Below, piece after piece: positions 36,284-49,492 of a stretch of 64,000 nucleotides of DNA (position 1 is the first letter of the stretch; each line of letters starts with the position of its first letter). Made by a program: the position numbers and the translations under genes. Source of the stretch: Lytechinus pictus. Lineage: Eukaryota. The notes under the pieces are model-generated. The model saw only the letters and a list, made by a program, of their open reading frames with translations. It did not search any database and was not told where the DNA came from. Location: positions 22,818,001-22,882,000 of the forward strand of contig NC_087245.1 in NCBI RefSeq assembly GCF_037042905.1. The letters are read 5' to 3'.

Positions 36284-37135
36284 AATGTCCTTTTTGTCTC
36301 ATATCACATTCCATTTTGTCTATAACCAGTCGGTCTAACTGCCTATTGGTCTATGTAGCACTTCGCCTTTCGTCTAATGCCCATTTCGTTTACCGTCCAA
36401 TTGATCTATCACCACTTGGTCGCTCTCAGTAATAACCTGGTAATAGACTAAGCATTCATTTGGGCATTACACGAAAATGCAATTAGACCATTTGGCTATT
36501 AGACGAATTGGTCATTAGACCAAGTATATTTTAGATAAATTGCAAATTAGACCAAATTATTAGTAGACCAAATGGGTTAAGCTCGTGTGTTATTAGACAA
36601 ACGGAGAATTAGTCCAACTGTTGTTAGACCAAGTGGATAAAAACTGAGTTTTCCACGGGCTCTGCTGCTGTTCTCTACTTAACCTCACCTAAAGGTAAAT
36701 TGCCAGGTGGTCTAAACCAGATTTGACTAATGGCCTCATCCTATAAATGGTCTTATTCCATTTCGTCTACAACCAGTTTACCTTTTGGCCTTATTGTCAT
36801 TTTGCCTATTTACCATTCCGTCTAATTTCCATTTGGTCTAATTTCTATTTGTTCTAATATCTAATTGGTCTAACACCACTTGGTCTATTCCTGTAACAGA
36901 CTGGAAATATTTAGTTGCCATCTAGACGAAAAGGCGATTAGACCATTTGACTAATTCGACGATTCGGCAATTATACCGAGTGGTCAAAAGACCAAGCAAG
37001 GATTCGACCAAGTCCTATACATTAGACCAAGTGAAGTTCGATCAAACCGTTACTAGAGCAAATGGGTATTAGCTCTTATGGTATTAGACGATCAGAGAAT
37101 TTGACCAACTGCTACTGCTAGATCAAGTGGATATA
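36284..37135. repeat. Degenerate ttggtctaa/ttagaccaa foldback-type repeats (the target of the LTR element; begins ~21340)
   Basis: Two blocks, each switching from ggtcta-type to tagacc-type units. Confidence 0.6.
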
Positions 37136-40100
37136 ACCCCCCCAAAAAATAACAACAATGAAGAAAAAAATAATACACACAAATACACACACATACCAAC
37201 ACAACACCTCTAACACAACGCACACAACCTTACCACAAACAACGACACACACCGTGACGCACATACACTACACACCAGATTGGTGGTTGAAGACAATTCG
37301 TGTAATGGGCGACAATATGTGGTTCTATGTTTCTTTTTGCCGACACAAATTGGCACAATATGCTTAAAAATTTAGACCGGCACGTGCAGCACAAATTGTC
37401 GCTAAATTGTCCAGGAGGGACAATTTGTTGTGTCAGTTTTTGCACAAATTGTCGCGGGGTGACAATTTGTGGTGCAACACACTGATACATATTTTCGGAG
37501 AGGATGGTTGCTACATACTTGGTTGAGATCGCTCAGATAATATCAGATCAAGATACTAGACATTTATCCTTATGCGATTTTGAAACAGCTCTCCCCATCC
37601 ATTATCATGGTCCTACCTCAAAATTAATACAGTTCAAAACATGACTGTAAACACGCACGATATGACATGTGATTGATTTGAGAATTTATTCGCAATAATA
37701 ATTAAGATTAACAAGTGAAAGACAGTTTCACAGAGTACTGCAAGTTTAAAATGAAGGATATAGCCTAGGCTGAGGAAACGCCCAAACAATGCTGATATAC
37801 TTAGGTTAGATTTACCAGACAACGTTATAGTTGTGAAGACATATAAAAAAGCTGTCATATGATTAATCAAGCTTTTAGTATTGGAACAGTCTTTACATGT
37901 TTGTTTAAGTGACACATAGCAGCAGCGACTATAACATTTCAGAATAAAACAATTACGATATATATATATATATATATATATAAAAGTAATTTGTAGGCCT
38001 ATTTCAATTGCACATTTAAAGTAAAATGACAATGATTTATGCAAATGGTATTGAAAATTATGAAAGCTGCACACTAAAATTGACCAAACAAATATATATT
38101 ATTAAAACACACCAAGTAAAATACAAAAATATCGTATATCCAACCAATACAAAACCATTTACCGTCAATATTTACATCTCATAATGGTACAATGGTAAAA
38201 TAGTTGACAAGCCGTTTTGTTTGGCACATAGTGCATTTTTAATTAAAACATAAATTGTTTTGTTAGTTTAGATGAATATTGCTTTGAGAAATTTCATTTT
38301 CAGATAGAATGGAAGAGTATATATACATATATATATATATATTTATATATAATACACAATATGTGATACAAGCAATACAAACCTATCGTTCATTGGTAAA
38401 ATTTACAATGAAAATATCAATTCCCCACAGAGCTCACGTTTCTTCTGTGTATATCATCATCTTGTATTAAATGGAACGAGACAGATATTTTAGTCAATAA
38501 CCTTTCTACATATTTTTAGAAATTCGTTAGTAAATACATAGGTATTTTGCTATTATGAAATAAAATTTCTCAGCTAGGGCACAATATCTCTCACAACGGC
38601 AGATTTTATATTCCATAAAGAATCACATAAATTACATAACAGTTACTCTCAACCTTTGTAAGATTGGAAAGTTAGAATATATTTCGAATTATCCGACATC
38701 TAAAAGCTTATGATAGGCTTTAGATATTTCACCACGGAACCCATAAAGCCTAACTAATACTAGAATATTTACGCACAAGTAACTTGAGTGCACCTGACTA
38801 TCGACCGAGTTAAATTGACAGAAAGCTACACATATTATAACAAAATATTATAAATAATACAACCCTTCCAAATATGACAAAATCTTCAAATAATTTCTAG
38901 TCGCTATCTATACTTTACATATTTGCTCTGATGAATGATGATGTTCAAAATGGTGTTAACTAAATTCTTTGAATTAATTACTCGTATGATATTGACAGTA
39001 AAGCTGTATTTGACGGTAAAGAGTGTAATGATATCATGCAGCATTCAAATTTCAATACATTAAAAATAGTAAGTTTTTATAGTACTCTCAAGTATACTCG
39101 TTTAAGTGTAGGCAAATATGGATTAAAGGAAATTTTGATGGCAGTGATGATATTCCACCATTCAATAATGTGTCTGTGTAGCAACAACAAAATTTATCTT
39201 TTATAAGCTACCGAAATACTATGAATATATACACGATTTGATTAGCTGATAATGAATTCGTTATAAAAGTAATACGTTTTCCATTAAGTTTTTACTTACA
39301 TATTGCTTTCAATCATGTACTGTATATCATATATTTTTCAAATAAAATGCAATAATTTTTTTTTGTCATACAAACGTCTACATTGAATGAGCACAAAAAT
39401 GATGTTTAAAACAATTTACAGCACTATATCAGGTGTCCATTGCAAGTTTATCATCAAATGTACCATAGTGAAATAGAATATACATTTCCAAAAGTATTAA
39501 AATATCATAAGATCGCCATCTCATTTCATATTCAACAAAACTTTCAACTTTCCCTTTTTCTTTTCATAGACAGATACTTCCGAGTTAACTTTTGAAATAT
39601 TGCCCTCAGTATCTGGACACAACATTGGGAAATAAGATGGGTCAAATGCCTTTCTACATATATACAATCAATAGAATTATTTGGACAGTCTTGGGAGCAG
39701 ATTTAAAAAAATGCATTTTATCACTCATATTTCTCCCCAATTAAGAGATTCCAGGGCTTAAATCTATCCACGGCCATCGAAGAACATGGCCATGGAATGC
39801 TCACGTGATATGCCTTATTGCCCCACACATTGGCCTTGAATGTGTCTGGTGCATTCTTATTTGTCATTTTTCCCCTTCGTGCTGCTAAAGAAAAATGGCC
39901 TTACCCTATCAAAATTAAAGGTATGATATTTCAAAGACAAACTCTAAAATAGTATATGAGAACAAAAGACGAAATTATTTCTACTTTCTATCATATTTAT
40001 CATTCGAATTCACATCATTCGATTCCCATTCAAAATATCAATTTCTTAAAGTGAATAAGGTATTGACGTCAAAACCCTTATAATGTGGGCCCTTCTATTT

Positions 40101-40341
40101 GATGGTTTTCAAGTTCATGGCTTGAAATTTGATACGCTTATAATGACAAGAGCAGTAAATGAATTAAAAGTGGAATAAAATGGGAGTGGGATGTATTGAA
40201 AGGTTACTACACAGGATTGTTTAAAGTCTGAATTATCTTTCTTCCCAAAATATCTAACGTCTCGCTTTCTTTTTCTGCGAAAATTCCAACCCCGTTTGAT
40301 TAAAAAAGGGGAAAGAAGTACAATAAATCAACATTTTTAAC

Positions 40342-42633
40342 CTAACGGGTATGACGTCCAGTGGAAGACTTATTGAATGCACCTGTAACGTTAGTGTTTT
40401 GAGGAAAGATTTTAGTATGATTGTTGTTATTTATTGTTCTATCACCCACATGCACATCACTGACATGATTGTTGAAATCAACCTTAACATTTCCTTGAAC
40501 AGTCAAATGAACATGATTAGCGTGAATACTTCCAGTAGTATCTGGAGAAGAGGCGCTGTCCGGAGGGGCGGTTCTAGGTGCCCTTCTCTTCCCTTCTTGA
40601 ATTTCCTGGTATTCGCCAGACGCTTGCAATCTTGAACGACCAAGTAATCCACTGGGTTGATTCGAGTTCATTGAAATGAGACGTTCCCCTTCACTTCCCA
40701 CTCCATTATCAGGATGCTTCTTGCCTTCGACCTGAGGTTGCTTGTTCCGGTTGACTAGAGCCTCAACCATATGCGAATCTGAAGTAAATTGATCGGCACC
40801 GCCATATGATACCTGTCTTCCATTTCCAGAGCTTTCGCCAAACGGGCTCTTTGTAGAAAAATGTGCTCCTTTCGTAAACTTGTCGCGAAATTGTGAGTTG
40901 TTGTTAGAACCTACTTTTGCAGAACATGTAGACCTACAACTCCCACCCATTCCCGATTCAAACACTTCGTCGTCTGAGTTACTACTCCCACTACTGTGCT
41001 TATCTTTGTCCAAACCGCCGCCAGTTTTGTCATGGTCTTCCAAATCTTTTCCGTTCTCAACGCTTCCATTCTCTGGAATATTGTTTAGGGTACGACCCAT
41101 GTTTATCTGGATCGACCTGGCTTGTTCAGTCTCATTGTTTCCATGCTGTCCTTCTCCATGAAGACTGTGATGATGAAACTTGAAGATTTTGGCATGGGTT
41201 CCACTTTGGTGTACCACAGCAGTGGTTTTTGGCGATATATCCTCTTCATCAGTTAGTAGAGAGGTGACACCGGTATCAGGGGTGCCCGGTCGATTCGGAG
41301 ATCTTTCCGATGGGATTGCTCCTGTTTGTTCTACGAATTCCCTCTGAACCCACTCTGTAGTTTGGAGATGCTGGTTACCTGGTAACAATTTGATGGCTGA
41401 TTCATTATTACCACCCTCATCAACACCATGTGGGAAGAGCTTCACATTGGTACCACCATGTCCATTTCTCTGTTCCTCTTCTCTGTTTGTATAATAAACA
41501 CGAGATCCATTGGCTGATCTGCAAATCAAAAGTACGCAAAGAAATCCTTTCGTAAAAGTTTCATAAACTTAACTTCATGATATCGTGTAAGTGTTAAACC
41601 GTTACATTCACATGTATGTCTGACGATAATGCATAAATGGCCTTTTTTAAATGTGCAGAGACAACGATTGGTTTCATTTAATTCATAAAATTTTGGGGAA
41701 CCAAATAAAATATTATTACTTGCTTAAGTTTAACATTAAAATGTTCCACCATTTATTATATTCAGGATAAAACTAACGAGATCGTACTAAATATAATAGT
41801 GATATATAACAACAAATCTCAATTTACATACCTGAGATTTTTTGCAAGCTCTGATGAAGTGTCACCTTTATAGAAATGAAGGGGGAAAATCGAGTTATAT
41901 AATGCATCTACTTGGATATACATTTGAAAGAAAACCATAATAATAATCATGATAATAATCAATTTTAGTACACTCTTCTTTGTCTTCGTCCCCTTGTCTC
42001 TGTTCTCATTTTGCCTTCCATTTTCCTTTTCGTATTTTCTGCTCCTTTTGCTTACCCTTTTTCTCTACTGTTGCTCTGTATCCACATGCACTGAGGATAA
42101 GATTTATCTCATGATATTATACTGCAAATAATATTGATAACTTTATTTTACCAACACATTAAATATATACCTATAAATAAGTGTTAGTTAAACAATAGGG
42201 GAAATGCAGACCGATTTTCCGTGACCTAATCATGAATTCGGATTGTACATGTATCCCTGAACACCGAATCCATTGCAGTGTACGCTTTGAAGAAAAAAGG
42301 GAATAAACATGTCCCTTAATTTATGTCAAATAAATCATACATAAATATATACTCCCTTCAATTTTGATAAAAAAAAAATTGTATATATTTTGTTCATTAA
42401 ATTCATTGACAGTAAAGCTAATTCGTATTTATGAAAGAATATTTCGATATACTTACTTCGTTTCGTAAGACCACACCAAATCAACCATTCATCCGAGATG
42501 CAACTTGTTATTCCAGATTTCCTGCGCATGTAGCAAACCACCAACACGATTATGGTAATAACAACAACCCCCAAAACACAAGGGATGATCAGGATGAGGT
42601 GATTGAATTTGGGGCTTTGGGTTGGTTCTTCAC
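40342..42633 (-). CDS. 3' exons of a single-pass membrane receptor with a long disordered cytoplasmic tail and C-terminal RHIM-like motif
   Basis: Exons 42633-42457 (TM LILIIPCVLGVVVITIIVLVVCY then MRRK; phase 1/1), 41865-41832 (phase 1/2) and 41518-40342 (stop). All have canonical AG/GT sites with matching phases. Ectodomain exons unresolved. Confidence 0.75.
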
Positions 42634-43602
42634 CTGAAAAGAAGTTAAAAAAAAAATCAATTAAGGGCCGCAAACGTAAAGTATTTCCCACTTAATCACG
42701 TTTTTCTTTATACTCGCCGTATAACACACACACACCACACACACAGACTACAGACGTGAAGACCTGGGAAGCGTTTCATCAACATTTTCGTCCAATTGTT
42801 CAGATCTGACAACTTTCTTTGATTTTGTTTGGCTGAGAAGCAACGTTTCTATGGTAACTGTCGGATAAAACGTCCAACAAGTCCTTTCTATTGATGAAAC
42901 ACCCCCCATGACCAAGAGTCTAAAGCCATGAAAGCTAAGAGTGCGGTGCAATACTGACATGCCAAATTGGAAAACTTACCCAGAGTCTATTCTTCAAAAT
43001 ATATTTAAGGCCTCACAATCTAAAGCTAAGACATCAATAGTACAGAAATGTCAATGTACACCCTCATCCAGATTTCAAAAGGAAAATGTAATGGATAATT
43101 CCTGGTTCGGTCTTGACCTTTTGGTGTGAGTGTTTGGCTGATTGCTACATGAGCACAGCATCAAAGCTAACATGAACTGACAAGACAAGACTTGTTTTAT
43201 CCGACAGTTACCATATAGGAACTGTGTTCCTCAGCCAATCACATTCTAGGAACGTTGCTGTCGGACAAAAATGTTGAGGAAATGCCCCCAGGTCCTTTGA
43301 CGGATCTCACTAGGTGATGAACTAGATAATCCCGACCTTTCGTTGGAGAACGCGAACGCTTATTTGCGACGGTAGTTGATTTTGGAAGAGACTTTTGGGC
43401 CTGTCGTCATGGTCGTAAAACTCTGTCCTGCAATGCAAATTGTGTGACATGAGATTTTTTTTTCGTATCGCATCTGGAATGGAAACATTCAATCTGCGTT
43501 TCGTGTGCAAACTTCTGGTAGCTACTATGGTAACAGCGATATATCCGATTTAGGACGACTTTCCAAAGCCACATTTGGTTCCTCCCAGAGCTCGAGAGGC
43601 CG

Positions 43603-43902
43603 CCCGGGGGCCCACTTCCATTGAAGAGTGGATACCAGGCGCGACCACGCGTAAAAAGGGAAAGAGTGGGCAAGTACGTTACGTATAGGCCTATGTAACG
43701 TTATAAGGGTGTCAAAAACGATGTTTAAAATACTGAAAAAGGAGGATATGTTTTCAATACTTGTAGGGTTTCACAAGCTTAATACTTGTTAAGAGATGCA
43801 TTTTCATAATCTGGAAAAGCCTTGCTTCCCTTGTTCAGGGTGCTTTTCGAAACCACATGTCGTGCCTGGTAACCACTCATCAATGGAAGTGGTCCTCCCG
43901 GG
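43603..43902. mobile_element. MITE with CCCGGG termini
   Basis: cccgggggcccacttccattgaagagtggataccaggcgcgac / gtcgtgcctggtaaccactcatcaatggaagtggtcctcccggg. Confidence 0.75.
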
Positions 43903-44549
43903 AATTCGAATCTAATCCCCCATTTCTGGGGAAAGTAAAGCATAATGCCCATTACATTGTGTGCTAGAGGCATATCGTTTGAGTAGGAGTAAACAAAAGA
44001 AAAAAAACCCCGCACGTATACATGCTGTGTACATATTCAACGCATGCGAAATGGTTTCGGCTGGAGAGGTGATTTGACCCATGGAATCAATTGCCGGAGA
44101 TCCACCAATAATCCACATTAAATGCAATATCGATTCGATGGACTGTAATGATCTATATCTAAGCCTTAATTCAGTAACTTTTTCCTCACTCAATATGTAC
44201 TCGATTTGTTTGAAAAACCACTTTCTTATCCATGTCATAATCTATTTTAGGTCCTGCATTTCGAATATCTCCAGCCATCAGTCGTAATATACATGCATGT
44301 ATGGTGCGGGTGTCGCGGGAAAGAATTTTGCACACGAAAAGCAGATTTGTAGGGCCTGAAACCCCCCTGTAACACAAAGCTTAGCATTGATTGTATAGCA
44401 GTTCTCTACGTTTGACTCTATTGACTATAATGTACAATCAATCTTAAAAATCAAGTGTATGATTAAGCGTTAACTTTTGTGTTAGGGGACCCTAATATTA
44501 GCGTCCGTGAGGATTGCGAAAGGTGGCAATTGTGATCTTTAAACGCAAA

Positions 44550-46504
44550 TTAGACATGGGTTATGGAAGGCATTATGAATAGTGCTAGCAATACCGACAC
44601 TGACCATGCTGACACCGACCCCGAACCCACTCTGCCAGATTGAAGAAACCAACGTACTTGCTCCGGCGCATGCAAGCCTTGAAATACAAACACCCACCAC
44701 CCACACACAAATGTAAACGGGATAAGAATAAAAACAAAAAGGATGAACTGGGGGAGGGAAACTAGAGGAATGGGTGTCGATTGATGACCATGGTCGTAAG
44801 CAGAATTTTTTTCCAGGGGGAGGGGGACGCGTAAACGTTTTCGATGAAACCCAAACGCGAGGGAGCGAAGCGACCGAGCTTGCCATTGGCTCTTTTGTAT
44901 TTTCAAAAGTGAAATTGAAGGATTTCGTGCACACTTATCATAAATTTTGTGAATATTTTCAGTTAAAAATGTTATTCAATTTTTTTGAGGGGGGGGGGGG
45001 GGAGGAGGTGGTTAACTGCCCCTCAACCACTGCGTACGGCCATGGGATGACTGACCCAATTTTTGTTCTCTGTGAGGGATTTGTTTTGTTAGTTTGAGGG
45101 GGGCAATTGCGTAATGAGTCTAAAAATTTTCGACGGCCAGACGTGACTTAATAGGCCAACTTTATTAAAACAAAATGCGAGAGACCTCTTAATGCAAAAA
45201 TCAAATTTTGTAACAGATTTTGAAAAGATATCTAAAAAATACACATGTACATGTATATATCAAAGTCACCCTTTTTCTTCCATGGTCCCTATGCCCCACA
45301 TCTGCACGCCAGCGTGGGTAGTCCTTAATACTACAGTTTTATGTACGAGTTAGCTTTATTTCTACAACGAGACTACTAAAAGTACTATAGATCAATGCGT
45401 GCGCGAAGCGCGAGCTGTTTTTTTTTTTCAATTTACCTGAAAAGTAGTAATGTTGAGAATTTTTTGTCGGTTTTGGGGGTTATTACTCATTTTATTTGAA
45501 TTCTAATTTCTTTACATGTTCTCCATTTACGTTACATCATAAATCGGGATAAAGAATACTGACAAAAAATGAAGTGACATTCAAAAGGGTAGTAAAATAA
45601 ACGGAGCACCCAGGCGCTTGGTTGTGGGGAGGGGTGAATTTTCAAAAAGATATAATGTAATCCTGGATTTTAAAGAAATACTCTACCTATCTGCTTCTAA
45701 TGATATCTGAAAGGAATGGTTTCATTTAATAACAATTTACATAAGAAATTCAGAGAGAAAAGAATTGGTCATCATGCATACATACGACAGTCAATGTTTC
45801 CATTGATAACACACGCCATTCTATATATCTCCCACCCTCACCATGTGATCGATACCCATGAATGGGAATCGCTACCACCCACGATGATAATCATTTTTAT
45901 TATCATTACTATCATTATGATAATGATGATACTACTACTACTACTACGACTACTTCTAGTAGTAGAAGTATTAATATCAGTATTTTGATACTTGTCATAT
46001 GATTAATTGTATTGAAATATGATGTTCGACCTTAATTCATTGGGGTGATGGTAACACTGGCTATACCCCACCTAAAATACTGGGGGATATATACCTCCAT
46101 CCCCCGGGATCGACATCCATGCTGATCTTCCCCCTCCCATTAACGCTCGCTCCTTCTGTCATTATTATGTGTGTTTAAGCGACCGAGCAAATATTGACAT
46201 TTCTATTATTCTATCATAATACACGAATGAGGCTTTTTGAGGCATATTCTCACATCCATCAAAACAATACAGAGTTGTCCATTCCTTTATTCAAGATCTT
46301 TTTCAGACAAAGGATTTTCCCTCCCTTTATTCCAACTCTAGGAGTGATGCAATGTGGAAACTTAAATGAATAGTTACCATCATCTGCATCCCTGACCAAA
46401 CGGGCAATGATTGGCTGGGGCATGTCATGTGATATCCCAAATCTGTTGTTCATCTTTTTCAAAATGTCGTCACCATTCGAATCATCAGCAAGGAAGGGGC
46501 TTAC
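44550..46504 (-). CDS. Putative two-exon segment ending in a GPI-signal-like hydrophobic C-terminus
   Basis: Exon 46504-46378 (VSPFLADD...RLVRDADD, ends phase 1) joins exon 44677-44550 (GLHAPEQVRWFLQSGRVGSGSVSAWSVSVLLALFIMPSITHV*). Phases match; no start codon identified. Confidence 0.35.
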
Positions 46505-48633
46505 CTGGAAAAGAAAACCGAAAATCGAGGTCGTAAAAGTAATTAGAAGAAAAAGAGTTGTGGAATATCTCAAGGAATATGAATTAGATTGACGGGATTT
46601 CTTTCATTTTTACTATTGATAGGAACAGTTTTGTCCTAATGAAAGGTAATAGGGTTTTTTTTGTTCCAAAAATAAAGTTCACATATTACCAAACGTATCA
46701 AGTAAATGGCATACTTTTAGTCAAAGTTCCAAACTCGATTCTTTTAGATATGAGCAATGGCCCTGTAAATGTAATGGTGAATAAAAACATTCTTGACAAA
46801 ACTTTGGTATATTATGAAGTTCACTTTGATATTGCTGGTTCCTACATGACACTGAGACACTCCATAAGCATCTACAGATGAGGAAATGAGATACATTTCT
46901 TCCACAATTCGTGCTTTCGTTGATTACAAACTTTCTTTGACAAGTTGGATGTTAACTTAAAGAATACAAGTTTAAAGACATACCACAAAGGAACATGACT
47001 TTCCCACGAGGACAAAGATGACCCAAAGAGTTCTGGGCACGATTAGAATAGGATTCTTCATGCTTCAAACGATCTCACGGTAAGTTTACAGGAGAAGATA
47101 CTCGAGGAATAGCCACTGAAAGTGCGGTGCTTTGGTCAGGTGTCCTCGAGTGCAATGTGTAAGTGTGCCAGACTCAACACGTGCTTCGTAGGTGGTGTTG
47201 TGACGTGGATGTGAAGGTGTACTGGAGATTGGAGGGTGCTAGTGTTCGGTGTAGGCTCAACGCGATGAGGTTATAATGAGTGCGGTGTTTTGTGGCTGGT
47301 GTTTAGGTTTCATCATTTCGATATCCACTGAGGGGAGCACTTTAAACAGTACGTTGTTCCAATATAGACTTGTATATTCTCACTTTGTAGTTTTGACAAA
47401 AGAACCAAGATCAATTACCCGAATACCTGGAACATCCAACTTGAATGATGTATGTGAAGCGAGTGAATAATCATTGACAAATCAAATCCCAAATTAAAAT
47501 TAGAGTTACGTATCTACAAATAGAATATCTATACTGCTATCATATATCAAAGGGGGCATGGTAGAATAAGTTTCAAGTAAGTAGGCTCAGAACGAGTGGG
47601 CTTCACATGTATTTGGATGTTGTCACTCATACCGGATTCTGATGACATTGTTTCAACGAAACCCACTTGTAAAACTCCCTCAGCCATTACATTCAATAAT
47701 CACCTGCAAATAGAAGAGGAGAGATCAAGTTCAGGATGTGAATTGAATAATACATACATGTAATTAACTAAAGACATTCCAAAAATGAATGTCTACAAAT
47801 GGAATATCTATACTGCTATCATATATCAAAGGGGGCATGGTAGAATAGGTTTCAAGTAAGTAGGCTCAGAACGAGTTCCAAAAATGAATACGATACACTA
47901 TTCGTCTCCGTTCGGGTCTTTACATAAAATGCAAGTTATTTTTTGTAAAAGAAGTGTCATGGCGGCCGGGCTAAGCAAGCACGATTATTGGCACCTATGT
48001 GTAAAACCTAAGAGATGCCAGTCAATTTCTTAACATTCAAATTATGATAAATTACTTCCTATTTGTTCATTTATACTTTCGGGAAAAAATCAAATTATCA
48101 CTCTAAGAAAAAAAAAAAACAACAACAAAACAGTGACATAACGCGCTTTCCGCTTCTTCTCACGTTCAGATAGCTGTTATAGTTGTTTACATCGTCTTGT
48201 TCAGTTCTAGTATTCCCTGCAAACCTGCAACGGTGCGGTAGTACCGTCTATGAAGATATAAAATATAGTTTCGTTTTGGACAATCAGTATTTCCAGGTGG
48301 TTTTTCTTCAATGTTTTTCACGTCAACGATTCATGCGAGACACCGTTTTTGCAAAAGTTTCCATACATCTTCATGCTTGGCTTCTTATAATTCAGAAGTT
48401 ACGACAACGAATGATTTGTATCTGTAACAATACCAGCGTACCTCATGAATCTCAGTGCATTCAAGGAGAATATCTAGAATAAGTGCTTTGTGTAGTCCCC
48501 ACATTTAAGGTTAGGAGCCTAAATACAATTGTATGTCAGTCTGAATGAGAAAACCATTTCCTGTCAAATTTCTGGGCGTTCTTGATATGATCATTAATCT
48601 TCCGGGACAATGGTGAAACTGTGGGGTATACAT

Positions 48634-48793
48634 TAGCCTCTTGTCGAGGCCCGGTCGGCTGCTTTCCGAGCGAACATGGCTAAGCAAGGGAGAGAGCGAA
48701 GCAGAGCGCCGCGTAAGGCCTAATTCGCTTTGCGAATTAGGAAATCCCTCGCTTCGCTCGGGAAGCAGCCGCCAGGGCCTCGACAAGAGGCTA
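48634..48793. mobile_element. 160-bp Academ(H)-type MITE
   Basis: TAG...CTA termini, 19-bp TIR tagcctcttgtcgaggccc, 9-bp TSD ggtatacat (48625-33, 48794-802). Confidence 0.8.
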
Positions 48794-49100
48794 GGTATAC
48801 ATGAGTGTAGACATTGAAGTTATCGTGGGAAATGCCAGAGTAAAAATTATTTAAGTATTCTACATATTTCCTAGAGATTCCGAACTAAAGAATGAAAAGT
48901 AGAATGAAAATGACGGTACTCAATTAAACAATTAAATACAGTGGCATTAAAATGATAAACATACTCCTGAAAACTCTTAGCTTCAAGTTTGAACAGTTTT
49001 ACATGTGAAGACATAATAAAAACATTTACTTTGCTAAACACAATCATAAATTAAGTTCTGTACAAGTTACATGTATATATATAAATAAATAAATAAATAA

Positions 49101-49149
<49 letters not shown>

Positions 49150-49204
49150 GACTATACGAAACTACAGTTACTGAAAAGTGCTCAACTACATCGACTCTTT
49201 GATT

Positions 49205-49280
<76 letters not shown>

Positions 49281-49314
49281 AATCAAAGAGTTCTGCGTCG
49301 GCGTCATAATGTAG

Positions 49315-49492
49315 AAACAAAAGAAGACTTAATAGAAACGCCGTGAGGAGACAGAATCTTCCAAATTTTCGGTCATAGACCTTCTTCAGGGATGATTTTA
49401 TTATAATAAAATCATCCCTGAAGAAGGTTTATGACCGGAAATTTGGAAGATTTTGTCTCCTCACAGCGTTTCTATTTAGTCTTCTTTTGTTT
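49315..49492. repeat. 178-bp near-perfect palindrome within (TA)n; probable Penelope-like element end
   Basis: Centre at 49403/49404; the arms carry ctgaaga-aggtctatgacc-gaaa; flanked by TA microsatellites. Confidence 0.6.

Noticed and set aside
46600..48480. Candidate 5' exons or cysteine-rich TNFR domains for the receptor
   Set aside because: Several splice-like sites, but no phase-consistent stop-free chain and no cysteine-rich repeat found; a TNFR call is unsupported.
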